Sequence record: LC667451.1
DNA: 64,000 nt
Direction: 5' to 3' (one strand)
Shown: piece after piece, positions 1 to 9,281 of the stretch
How positions within the stretch are numbered: position 1 is the stretch's first letter
Layout: every line of letters starts with the position of its first letter
The notes under the pieces: model-generated
The model's input: the letters and a program-made list of their open reading frames with translations, nothing else
Told to the model about the DNA's origin: nothing
Database searches by the model: none
Translations under genes and position numbers: made by a program

Positions 1-313
1 CGTACGCGGTGTTCACTTCCGGCACGAGGTCGGAGATGTTCACGGCGTTGCCCAGCGAATACACCGTGTTGCGTGCGCCCGGAATCGTTGCCAGATCCAC
101 GCGGTTGTAGCCCACGACCACCGAGCCGGTATAGCCCGAGCCCGCTTGGGCCGTCACTGTCGTCGACGTATTCGGATTCGGGTTCGTGCCCGTTGCCGCC
201 GTCGGCAGTCCGAATTCGATCAGTGAGAGCGTGAGCGCGCTGTTGTTATCGTGGTTGATCTGATCCAGAAGGATCTGATTTGGAGCTTTGGTAAAGTCAA
301 GTTGCCATGCCAT
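1..313 (-). CDS. Virion baseplate/fibre-associated protein (jumbo-phage DUF7941-like), 5' part only; runs off window edge
   Basis: Manual translation from ATG 313: MAWQLDFTKAPNQILLDQINHDNN...GYTGSVVVGYNRVDL; same pattern as the neighbouring ORF. Confidence 0.6.
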   Translation of the reverse strand, partial: MAWQLDFTKAPNQILLDQINHDNNSALTLSLIEFGLPTAATGTNPNPNTSTTVTAQAGSGYTGSVVVGYNRVDLATIPGARNTVYSLGNAVNISDLVPEVNTAY

Positions 314-386
314 TTGAGATACCTTCCAGATGGTTGAAGATGGTAACGAAATTAGATTCGCATAAGATGCGGCTATTTTTTACTGC

Positions 387-926
387 TCACACACTCATCT
401 GGACGTACACTAAACCAGTCAAATGCGTGTTCACGATTACCTCACTCAGGGGAATATCCTGACCGGGCAATCGGACCTGAAACTCGTAAGTAGAGTCGGT
501 CCAAGCGAGGGAAATGTCTCCCAGTGCATGCAGCACATAGGTGTCCTGTTCCTCGCTATAGGTCACATCTTCCACCTCTTCTGGGACCAGGTCGAGTCCC
601 AACGCCGCGTTAATCGCTGCGAGTGATCCGTGAATCGAGAACGGCAACGAATCGATCACAACCTGCTTGACAAACCCAACGGGCAGCAGTCCTAACACAC
701 TCAACGGAAGTCGAGTGTAATGGATGTCCTCTGCCTGGGTGTAATGCGTACCTGATACAGGGGCAATGCTCACCACGGAATTTCGGCCCTGATCATCCGT
801 GTAATCCCTGGGTAGGCCATACATGAAATCAACGCCTTCCTGTACAGGGGTATCAGGATTTTTTTCGTTGATCAAGGCCGTCAAGCGATCGTTACTCAAT
901 CCACCGTAAGGCTTAGGAAGTGCCAT
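387..926 (-). CDS. Virion baseplate-associated protein (DUF7941-like)
   Basis: LxxLINxxN...GRNS...HYTRLPL pattern typical of this jumbo-phage structural family; within the structural module. Confidence 0.6.
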   Translation of the reverse strand: MALPKPYGGLSNDRLTALINEKNPDTPVQEGVDFMYGLPRDYTDDQGRNSVVSIAPVSGTHYTQAEDIHYTRLPLSVLGLLPVGFVKQVVIDSLPFSIHGSLAAINAALGLDLVPEEVEDVTYSEEQDTYVLHALGDISLAWTDSTYEFQVRLPGQDIPLSEVIVNTHLTGLVYVQMSV

Positions 927-981
927 GGTGCGTGTCCAGTGGGTGAATAATTAATCATAGAATTGGCGTAAAAAGTTACGG

Positions 982-1010
982 CATAGGGGAGGAGCCGAAG
1001 CCCCTCCCTC
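982..1010. terminator. Intergenic hairpin with CATA flank
   Basis: GGGAGGAGC-CGAA-GCCCCTCCC (one mismatch). Confidence 0.6.
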
Positions 1011-1012
1011 TG

Positions 1013-1285
1013 TCAATTCGCTAGGGTGCGATACCCTTGATAACCGCGATCACGATCGAAGCAGTGAAAAGACGGACAGTATTCGATCACACCACCTCGA
1101 CGCAAGTCATCTTTCAACAACTTGGCAAAGTCCTCTATCGAGACCAGTGGTGCCGGTTTCGGTAGATAAGGTAGGATGAACGAAATAGTTCCTGCAGTCG
1201 CAGCAACCAGTACGTAGGCAATTGTTGCCAACACTAATGCGCGGCCCAGCTTCTGCCGCCACCCTTCCGTACCAGCTGTAGTCAT
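1013..1285 (-). CDS. Small membrane protein (90 aa)
   Basis: ATG at 1285 just downstream of the previous stop; one hydrophobic helix LVLATIAYVLVAATAGTISFIL. The ORF-track start at 1423 overlaps the upstream gene. Confidence 0.6.
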   Translation of the reverse strand: MTTAGTEGWRQKLGRALVLATIAYVLVAATAGTISFILPYLPKPAPLVSIEDFAKLLKDDLRRGGVIEYCPSFHCFDRDRGYQGYRTLAN

Positions 1286-1295
1286 GGCTTTCCCC

Positions 1296-2678
1296 TTAAC
1301 TTGATGAGCTCGTTGCGCTCTGGCTTTGCCCCTGGAGTTGACTTTTTGTGAAGATGGACAGCGCAGTACGCGTAATGTGGCGCGCCACGGTAAGGCCCGG
1401 TGCGGCCATTTGCACCGTGTCATGCTTTTTCAAGATGACACCCTGTTTCTGCTGGATGGTGTCATCCGACAGATACAGAATACTGCACAACATCCCCGGC
1501 ACAATGAGTGAGGGTTCGGAGTGTTCCCACACCAAGCCCATCAGCCCACCGTTACGGGCAGCCAATGCCGAATACTCCAAGTATGGATTGCCGGTCAACC
1601 GATTTGGAGAAATGGGCACGTTGTTCAAACCATTCGGTCGGGGCACGGACACGAATTCACTATTGGACGCTCCACGCGCCGCGAGTGTCTTGTTGTTCTT
1701 CGTGGTCGTGAAGCCTTCCATGATCTTGGACGCGTCAGCAAAGCGCAGACCGTTACCGAACGTCAACTGCTTACTGTCGGAACTGTCTTTGGTCTTCACT
1801 TGTCCGGTAGCGAGAATCACCAGGTTCGAACCCGACACCCGGTAGGTTCGATCCAGATTCGGATACTTCGATTCTGGAATGACGATAATCGTACAGGTCG
1901 ACGCAGCGTCGTTATAACGCGTCGGATCGTAACAGGGGTAGATGTGCCAGATCCCGTCTTGCAGATAGTAGCCCATCCCTGCCCCATACACACCCCCGCA
2001 CTTCTCGTGGATGTACTTGGGTACCCCAATCAACTTCATCGGTGGAATGACGATGTGATCGCGCACCGTCTTGTTATCTGCGTCCACCATCTGCACGCCT
2101 TGCACGGCCTGTTGATTGTTGATGATGATGTCGGATGACTGCTGCGTGAGAATGCCTTTGATGGCATCTTCCACTGTCATTGCTCGCAGGATATTTCCGT
2201 AGCTCTTCATGCGCACCTGCTCAAGCGCCTTGTCGACCAACTGGAAATCCACTTCCATCAACGACATGCGATCCATGTCGTCTTCCGAGACCACATTGCG
2301 ACCGTTACCCGCAATGGTCAGATCACCTTTGTCGACCAGATGCGCGGTGAAGCGCTCTTGCTGCAACGTCTTGCTGGTGTCATCGTTATCGCCCGTCTCC
2401 ATCAACGGCTGCTTGATGATGGTGATGTCGATATTGGTCTGGTTCGGATAAATCTGGTAAGCGTACTTACCGGCTGGGACCAGCAAGCGCACCATGATCT
2501 CGTCGCTGTAGTTCGACTCGTAGTCGCCATTGACGTCGTACTGCACGAGCTTCAGCGGGCTGAGATCCACGTTCAGGTCGTTCAGGTGGATAATCGCGGA
2601 GTACGCGAAGTGCACCGGATTGGGACTGGCAGTGACGGCCAGCACTTCCTGATACAGTCCGGATTGTTCGAGTTCCAT
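1296..2678 (-). CDS. Virion structural protein (phiKZ gp101-like position; possible baseplate hub)
   Basis: 460-aa ORF in a tightly packed structural operon; synteny. Confidence 0.65.
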   Translation of the reverse strand: MELEQSGLYQEVLAVTASPNPVHFAYSAIIHLNDLNVDLSPLKLVQYDVNGDYESNYSDEIMVRLLVPAGKYAYQIYPNQTNIDITIIKQPLMETGDNDDTSKTLQQERFTAHLVDKGDLTIAGNGRNVVSEDDMDRMSLMEVDFQLVDKALEQVRMKSYGNILRAMTVEDAIKGILTQQSSDIIINNQQAVQGVQMVDADNKTVRDHIVIPPMKLIGVPKYIHEKCGGVYGAGMGYYLQDGIWHIYPCYDPTRYNDAASTCTIIVIPESKYPNLDRTYRVSGSNLVILATGQVKTKDSSDSKQLTFGNGLRFADASKIMEGFTTTKNNKTLAARGASNSEFVSVPRPNGLNNVPISPNRLTGNPYLEYSALAARNGGLMGLVWEHSEPSLIVPGMLCSILYLSDDTIQQKQGVILKKHDTVQMAAPGLTVARHITRTALSIFTKSQLQGQSQSATSSSS

Positions 2679-2687
2679 ACGTCCTCC

Positions 2688-3425
2688 TTACTTCCACTTG
2701 GCTGCAAAGCCCGGAATCGATTGCTTGCTGCCACCTGGATTCAGGCTCTGCTTATCCGGCGCGCTCGTCGGACTCAGACCCATCTGGCCCGGCGTCTGAT
2801 TACCGGGCTTGGCCAAGAGCCCGCGGTTCAGTGACCCGGACTGCAGGCGCTGGGCGAATACGCTACCCATGCCTTCGCGATCCGGATACTGTTCGAGCAG
2901 CTTCTCTTCGTCGGTGCGAGTATCGAGCGCCGGTGCCACTTGCTTCGGCTGAAACAGCTGGCTTCGGCTGACCTTCAGCACGCTACCCAGACGTCGATGC
3001 AGCACGTCCTCCACGAACTCCTTGGTGAACTGGTACTTGGCATGGGCATAGACCACATTGGCGAATTCATCCAGATCCACCAGGTCTTGCAGCGGTGCGT
3101 CGCCCACATTCAGGCTATGCTCCAGATGCTTCTTCCAGCCATTCAGATGGTCGCTGATGTACTGATAGATCAGTTGCGTGTCATTACGATTCTTCACGTA
3201 GACATGCACGCCACTCTTCCAGTATTCCACCATCCGCTCGATGGTGATCATCCGGTCCACCAGTTCATTGGCCGTCTGCTGATCGCGTTCCGGGTCCCCA
3301 CTCATCGGGGTGCCGAAATGCTTGATGTGCTCCACCGAACGAGATTGGTTAAACGGAATCCGACACCAGAACAGCTTTTCAAAGATGTAGTAGTCGGTCG
3401 ACAGTTGCTCTTGAACCGCGGGCAT
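2688..3425 (-). CDS. Conserved chimallivirus protein (gp100-like position)
   Basis: 245-aa ORF in operon context. Confidence 0.6.
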   Translation of the reverse strand: MPAVQEQLSTDYYIFEKLFWCRIPFNQSRSVEHIKHFGTPMSGDPERDQQTANELVDRMITIERMVEYWKSGVHVYVKNRNDTQLIYQYISDHLNGWKKHLEHSLNVGDAPLQDLVDLDEFANVVYAHAKYQFTKEFVEDVLHRRLGSVLKVSRSQLFQPKQVAPALDTRTDEEKLLEQYPDREGMGSVFAQRLQSGSLNRGLLAKPGNQTPGQMGLSPTSAPDKQSLNPGGSKQSIPGFAAKWK

Positions 3426-3437
3426 GATAGTTCTCGC

Positions 3438-4808
3438 TTATATCGCCCGAACGACTGAGTTAATCAGCACCAGCACAATCGGCAGGTAGTAGAAGCGCTC
3501 GAGACCGCCCCAGGCATGGTAGGTATCGCACAGACGCAACAGCGCCTTGCGATTGACTGCCTTACCTTCGATGTAGTCCCGTGTGAGCAACTCCAGCTGA
3601 CTCTGGCCATTCGGGTAGTTGTTGTAAAAGGCTTCGGAGAAGACGTAGTAGTCGTCGCAGAGCACCGGATTAATCAACGGGGCTTTGCTAAACGTGCTCA
3701 GGCCTTCTTCGACACTCGGATCAATCAAATCTTGCAGCGTGCCCTTACGGGACGGCACCGGTGTCAACGCGATCGTGCCGTCGGCTGTCTTCACAGCAGG
3801 CAGGTGAGCGAAATCCACCGTGAGTTCCGGATCGATCGGATAGACCACGCGACGAATACCTGAGTAGTGAATCCCTTCAAGCATCGCGTTGCGGGTGAAC
3901 AGATTCGCCGGAACCAACCCAGCACGCTTGTTCACGAACTTCATCAGGTGGTCGTCACGATTGGCAATCGCATCCCAGATGGTGATCGACTTCATCACGT
4001 CATCATCGTCACAATTGAGAATGCGGTTCTCACGCACCAGGTACGTATCGAAAGTCGTGAAGAACTTCGACACGGCCTTCATGACGAAGTGGTCGTAGGT
4101 CGGCTCGGGTTGACCCGGCAAGACCAGCGTCTTGTACTCGTTCGATGAGAACATTCTGAAGTACATCGACACCATCTCGCCGTAGCGTTGGCCGAGCTCA
4201 TTCATGTCGTGCCAGTCCGCTTCTTGAATCAGCGGGTTCTGGCCATGAATCAGGAAGTCACGCAGGAAGTACAGATTCTGCACCGTCTTGCTGACGAGGT
4301 CGCTCATGCGCTCCCGTGTCGCTTCGTCGATCAGAATGTACTCAACATAGTAACAGGTGTCTTTGTAAATCGAGCGCTCTTCCGAGTGCGTCACCTGAAA
4401 CACGCCTGCCCGACCATCGAGCATCGTCGCCACGAACATGTCACCATTGTTCGGGATCACGAACGGATACATGTTCGCGTTACCGGTGACCAGCATGGTC
4501 TTTTGGGCGTCGTCTTGCGTGGCCTTCAGATCTTGCGTAACCTTCAGTTCGAGGTTCTGGATGCGCCGGTACTGCTGGTAGACGCCTTCCTTATCCAGCG
4601 ACTGACCAGTGAGTGCGTTGTCCTCATCGATCACCTGCGAGAACCAATCCACCGTCCAACTCATGCCCTCGATATTGGTCAAGAGCGATTGTTGCGGGAT
4701 CAGTTTCGTGTCGACCACCACCCCACGGTACGCAGGCTTGGAGATCTGGATGGTTGCCGGTTTCGGAGTCTCGATCGGCGAACCCTGTACTTCATTGAAA
4801 ACAGGCAT
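3438..4808 (-). CDS. Virion structural protein (gp99-like)
   Basis: 456-aa ORF; RBS-like AAGGAAGG upstream; synteny. Confidence 0.65.
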   Translation of the reverse strand: MPVFNEVQGSPIETPKPATIQISKPAYRGVVVDTKLIPQQSLLTNIEGMSWTVDWFSQVIDEDNALTGQSLDKEGVYQQYRRIQNLELKVTQDLKATQDDAQKTMLVTGNANMYPFVIPNNGDMFVATMLDGRAGVFQVTHSEERSIYKDTCYYVEYILIDEATRERMSDLVSKTVQNLYFLRDFLIHGQNPLIQEADWHDMNELGQRYGEMVSMYFRMFSSNEYKTLVLPGQPEPTYDHFVMKAVSKFFTTFDTYLVRENRILNCDDDDVMKSITIWDAIANRDDHLMKFVNKRAGLVPANLFTRNAMLEGIHYSGIRRVVYPIDPELTVDFAHLPAVKTADGTIALTPVPSRKGTLQDLIDPSVEEGLSTFSKAPLINPVLCDDYYVFSEAFYNNYPNGQSQLELLTRDYIEGKAVNRKALLRLCDTYHAWGGLERFYYLPIVLVLINSVVRAI

Positions 4809-4817
4809 AATCCTTCC

Positions 4818-6449
4818 TTAACAAGAGCAAGGGTCACTGCCATCAGCAGGCACCAGACCCGGCGGATAGTTCGTCACCTGATTCGGCACATTTGCCTTCG
4901 CGTTGTTCGCTTGCACAAAGAGTGTCTGTACGGTGTAGCCTACAGGCGAGCCAGACGTAGCGGACTTCACGCCATTGATCGCATCGATCGCCTTGTTCAG
5001 ACACTCACGCGACACCATGGTGTCGTTGACAATGCACGGCAACAGATCACGATCCTTAAGCGTCGGGTCCAGGGCGTCGAGCAATTTGATCAGACACTGT
5101 GCACACTGTCGCAATCGGTCCAACGCCTCGATCGGCAAGAGCCGCAGGTTCTTCACCAGACTGATACGGACGTGATAAGTCTGACGCAGGTCCATGTCGA
5201 ACGTGGTCGTCACATTCAGATTCGCATCGACCTTGATCTTATCCGGCGTTTGCAGCTTATTACCACGATAGAGGCTCACGTGGAAGATCGACTGCATCGG
5301 CGTTGTCATGTACGGCCATTCCCGCTCCAGGCAACAGCGCATGTCCGGGTCCAGCAACAGATCGCCCCCGAGGTTATCCCCCAGGTTAAACAAGGCGCGC
5401 GGATTCGCCGGATCGATCTGGATCAGCAGCGACACCAGTCGGAGGGTATCTGGCACCACGCTACTGGGAATGAACTCGTCGTAGCTCGGCACCTGATAAC
5501 CCTGGCGGCGCTGCAGATAGTACATCGGACCACCAGTCTCGAAATACGCAAACATCCTGGCCGATAGCGCATACTTACGCAAGGACTGTTCGATCTGATA
5601 GGCGGGTTGATCGGGTGGCTCAGCGTGGTACTTGATCATCTGGTTGTGGATCACCAGCGGATAGAACATCGCACACGCATTGGGCTTATCGTACTTGAAC
5701 TTGTACGAGAAACTAATGGTCCAGGTCGAACCATCGTCTTCCTTGCTACCTTCTTCAGGCACCCCTTCCCAGTCAAACCAACCGAGCACACGAATCTGCG
5801 ACTCGGCAATCCCCCAGCGACCGTTGTTACCCGCCTGGTTCGTCAAGAATCGTGCACGACTTGACATGTGCTGTTTGAAGTACGTGTCGAAGTCCTGACC
5901 ATAGCCTGCCACGTTTTCACGCAGCCGGTGGATCTCACGCATGATCACGAAGAACTCTTCGGGAATCAGGTAGTGGTAGTTGATCTGGTGAATGAACTGT
6001 TCACGGTTCATCGCCGTGCGGTTCTTGACGTCATCACGCCAGCGAATCGCCTGTTGCTTACTGCGTGCCCGATACTTGAAGTTCATCGTCACATCGCACG
6101 AGCCATAGGCCGGTTTGATGATGGCGCCCAAATGGGGGTCATGCCAGATTGACGGGTTCTCGGGACGGAAGATCGCGGTCGACAAAATGCGCTCTTCCTG
6201 ATACTGTTCGGTGACTTCGAGCGTCACCTGAGACGTAAACGGTAATTTGGTGGCTTCCGGAGTGCTCGTCGTGATTGACGAGCCGTTCTGCTGTCCCTTT
6301 TCGATGTCACCGGGATAGAAGATACGAATGTCCTTGGGCAACCCCGTACGCTGCATGATGTTCCGCGCAATGTCAAAAACCACCGGTCGCGTCACATTCT
6401 CGTAGGTCTCATGCAGATCGACCAATACTTTTGGCATCGGGAGCCTCAC
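4818..6449 (-). CDS. Virion structural protein (gp98-like)
   Basis: 543-aa ORF; synteny. Confidence 0.65.
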   Translation of the reverse strand: MRLPMPKVLVDLHETYENVTRPVVFDIARNIMQRTGLPKDIRIFYPGDIEKGQQNGSSITTSTPEATKLPFTSQVTLEVTEQYQEERILSTAIFRPENPSIWHDPHLGAIIKPAYGSCDVTMNFKYRARSKQQAIRWRDDVKNRTAMNREQFIHQINYHYLIPEEFFVIMREIHRLRENVAGYGQDFDTYFKQHMSSRARFLTNQAGNNGRWGIAESQIRVLGWFDWEGVPEEGSKEDDGSTWTISFSYKFKYDKPNACAMFYPLVIHNQMIKYHAEPPDQPAYQIEQSLRKYALSARMFAYFETGGPMYYLQRRQGYQVPSYDEFIPSSVVPDTLRLVSLLIQIDPANPRALFNLGDNLGGDLLLDPDMRCCLEREWPYMTTPMQSIFHVSLYRGNKLQTPDKIKVDANLNVTTTFDMDLRQTYHVRISLVKNLRLLPIEALDRLRQCAQCLIKLLDALDPTLKDRDLLPCIVNDTMVSRECLNKAIDAINGVKSATSGSPVGYTVQTLFVQANNAKANVPNQVTNYPPGLVPADGSDPCSC

Positions 6450-6480
6450 TGAATTTTCATCATAGGATCGGCCTCAAGGG

Positions 6481-6508
6481 CATAGGAGGGAACCCGAAGG
6501 TTCCCTCC
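6481..6508. terminator. Intergenic hairpin with CATA flank
   Basis: GGAGGGAACC-CGAA-GGTTCCCTCC. Confidence 0.7.
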
Positions 6509-6515
6509 CGAGGCG

Positions 6516-7883
6516 TTATGCTGCCTGCTTGCCTTGCTGCATTTCCTGCATGATCTTCTGTTCTTCGCCCTTGTCCTTCACTTCGTAGAGACCCACGTAG
6601 TTCTGGACCAGCATCAGAAGCGCACGCACGACGCCGATCACCTTCGTGTAGAAAGCGACCGCCGGTTGCTGCACCCAACGCGCGTACGTCGGGTTGAAGT
6701 TCAGCATCATCTTGATCTCGGCGATGAGCGCCGGACTTGCTTCAGCTGCTTCCTTCGAGAGTGCCTTCAGCGCTTCTTCCGAGGAGACCTCGATCTCCTT
6801 GCCAGCCTGACGCAACTTCTTCATTGCGCCGCCCGACTTGTTGAATCGAGCCACGGTCTGAATCATGTCCGAGGCATCCTTCAGGAGCTTCTCGTACACG
6901 GCCGGACCGTTGTGCTTGAAGGTGATCTCGTCGTCCTTCGGATCGTCACCGGCTTCCACCGACAGACCCGTGTTACGCAGCCGCTCGAGCGCGAGCAGCG
7001 GTTCCGGAGCCGCGCCGTCGAAAGTGGCGAACTTGAAGTACGTGCAGCCGAGGATCTCATGGCTGGAGCGCACCTTGAAGTCGCCTTCATTCGCTGAGAA
7101 CGGCATCGGGAACGGCAGACCCGTGGCGTTGTTCGAGCTCTTGATGACGGACACGAGACGGTTCATGGTCTCGTCGGTGTTCTCACCCGTCCAGTTGTCG
7201 ATCGTATCGGCGATGTCCTTGCCGAGCTTCGAAACGCGCTCCGGATTGGCCACGTACACCATCTCGACGGCCTTGTTGAACTTCTCGAACTCCTGGGCGA
7301 ACTCCGCAGCACTACGCTGAATACGCAGACCATTGGACAGATACGACAGGCCCGTGGTCAGTTCCATCTGGGCAGTCTGGCCGTAGCGCAGCTCACCCGT
7401 CCGGTTCTTCAGCTGACGCAACATCAGTTGCAGACGTGCGTAGATCGAGGGCAGCACGACGTGAACTTTCAGGAAGTTCTCGATGTGATCCCAGATCTTC
7501 TTCATGAAGGCCTTGATGGTCGCCCACAGCCGCTGCGCCGAATCCGTCCAGCCTTCCGTAGCGATCTCCTGACCCACTGCCAAGGGCGGACCCTTAAGCA
7601 GGTTCTCCGGCGCCATGCCCGTACCAGCCACGGCCATCTGCGCGCAGTTGTCGATCAGGTCGAGCTCCATCGACGTCGGCTGCTCGATGTTATCGGCGAT
7701 GACCGCCAGGTCCTCCAGGGCTTGCTTCAGGTCGACCAGACGTTCGACTTCGGAGAGACGATCGTCACAGGCCTGAGCCTCTTCGTTCGCGTCCCCGACA
7801 ATGATCAATTCTTCTTCCAGCGACACACGCTTGATCGAGCGTGCGTCCTCCGACGGGGGCGTCGGAGCAAAATGTTTACGCAT
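6516..7883 (-). CDS. Internal head (inner body/ejection) protein, phiKZ gp93-97 paralog family
   Basis: Acidic propeptide (SLEEE, ALEDLA, AQMAVAGT) ending in IATE/GW, then WxxIKxFxxKIW helix; S/A/G-x-E sites match phiKZ head-protease specificity. Confidence 0.75.
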   Translation of the reverse strand: MRKHFAPTPPSEDARSIKRVSLEEELIIVGDANEEAQACDDRLSEVERLVDLKQALEDLAVIADNIEQPTSMELDLIDNCAQMAVAGTGMAPENLLKGPPLAVGQEIATEGWTDSAQRLWATIKAFMKKIWDHIENFLKVHVVLPSIYARLQLMLRQLKNRTGELRYGQTAQMELTTGLSYLSNGLRIQRSAAEFAQEFEKFNKAVEMVYVANPERVSKLGKDIADTIDNWTGENTDETMNRLVSVIKSSNNATGLPFPMPFSANEGDFKVRSSHEILGCTYFKFATFDGAAPEPLLALERLRNTGLSVEAGDDPKDDEITFKHNGPAVYEKLLKDASDMIQTVARFNKSGGAMKKLRQAGKEIEVSSEEALKALSKEAAEASPALIAEIKMMLNFNPTYARWVQQPAVAFYTKVIGVVRALLMLVQNYVGLYEVKDKGEEQKIMQEMQQGKQAA

Positions 7884-7892
7884 GGCTTGTCC

Positions 7893-9200
7893 TTAACCCT
7901 GGAGACCGAACTGGACCAGCATCAGCGAAAAGCGGCAGGTCTTCACGATGTTCGCATAGAACGGCATCGCGGGATTCTGCGCCCAACGCGCGAACGTGGT
8001 ATTGAAGTTGACGGCGGCCTTGAAGTCGCGCATCTCTTCGCCGGACTCGTCGACCGTCTTTGCATCGAACGCAGCCGCGGCCTTCTGGGCAGCAGCCTTC
8101 AAACGATCGGCGACGCCCTTCAGTGCGGTCACGTGTTGCGTGTGGTAATTCTCGATGACAGCCAGCAGCGAATCGGCCGCGCCCAGCACCTGCATCGCAC
8201 CCGGACCCTTCGGATACTCGAAGCTACCCATCTGCGCCGCGTACACGCTTGGGCTGTCTTCGCCCTTTTCCAGCGTCACGCCGGAGTTGCGAATCAAATC
8301 CAGTGCCGCGTACGGATGGATGCCCTGTGAAGGACGATAGATCTTCGCCTGCAGCTTCCCGCCGCCGATAAAGGCAGCGCTCGAATACAGATCGTATTCG
8401 CCATCCTTGCCTTCGTGCGTCGCATGCGGCAAAGACTCGAAGTGAATCGCGCCCAGCTGCTTGACCATGGCCTGCACGGTCTGATCCGACGTTTCCGGCT
8501 GGAATGACGCCAGTGATTTCTCGACCGCTTCGCCAGCCCCCTGCACCATCTTCGGCAGGTCTTCGAAAATGAAGCGGGCCGTTTCTGCGGTCTGCTTCAT
8601 GGCCGACACCATCTCGCCCGTGCGGCGCAGCAGCTTGCCGTTGAAGTTGAACCAGGAAACGAATTCCTCCACCGAACTGGCCTGATGGATGACACCCGTG
8701 CGGCCCGACTTCATCATTTCCTGCATGCGCTTGATCTTGCCGCGCAGATCCTTCACCACCACGTTCATGCGGTAGAAGGCGACGATCTTTTCCCAGATGC
8801 GGGCGAGGAACTCGAGCAGGTTCTTCATCAGCATCTTGGCCTTTTGACCGATGCTTTCGAAGGCGATCGCCCCACCTTCCTGGAACGACTCCATGGCAGG
8901 CAGGAGCAGTTCCGGTTCGTTGGTTGTGCCTGCCACACCCATCTGACCCGAAGTCTGGATGAGTGCGATTTCCGAGGGCGATGCCTGACGGATGTTCTTG
9001 GCCAGTGAAGCCAGATCTTCCAAGGCGTCCGACACTTCCGTCAGTCGGTTCGCTTCATCCAGACCCGAGGCTACTGCCGAGGAATCACGGAAGGCCTGAT
9101 CGAGCACCAAGGCTTCTTCTTCGAGGGACAGGCTACGGTGTGCGGGCGCCATCTTCGGCACTTGCACCACGCGTACCGTCGATGCGAATGTTTTACGCAT
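7893..9200 (-). CDS. Internal head protein, paralog of 6516-7883
   Basis: Shares MRKxF start, SLEEE, ALEDLA, QMGVAGT and AME/AFE sites with its neighbour. Confidence 0.75.
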   Translation of the reverse strand: MRKTFASTVRVVQVPKMAPAHRSLSLEEEALVLDQAFRDSSAVASGLDEANRLTEVSDALEDLASLAKNIRQASPSEIALIQTSGQMGVAGTTNEPELLLPAMESFQEGGAIAFESIGQKAKMLMKNLLEFLARIWEKIVAFYRMNVVVKDLRGKIKRMQEMMKSGRTGVIHQASSVEEFVSWFNFNGKLLRRTGEMVSAMKQTAETARFIFEDLPKMVQGAGEAVEKSLASFQPETSDQTVQAMVKQLGAIHFESLPHATHEGKDGEYDLYSSAAFIGGGKLQAKIYRPSQGIHPYAALDLIRNSGVTLEKGEDSPSVYAAQMGSFEYPKGPGAMQVLGAADSLLAVIENYHTQHVTALKGVADRLKAAAQKAAAAFDAKTVDESGEEMRDFKAAVNFNTTFARWAQNPAMPFYANIVKTCRFSLMLVQFGLQG

Positions 9201-9224
9201 GTTCTTTACCCTAAGTTAGCAGTA

Positions 9225-9268
9225 ATAAGCCCCTCCCAGAGCCCTAGGACTCCAGGAGGGGAGCTTAT
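9225..9268. terminator. Intergenic hairpin
   Basis: ATAAGCCCCTCC...GGAGGGGAGCTTAT. Confidence 0.6.
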
Positions 9269-9281
9269 CACACGCGTGACG

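Noticed and set aside
1286-1423. N-terminal extension of the 1013 ORF
   Set aside because: Overlaps the end of the 460-aa gene; ATG 1285 is the more plausible start.
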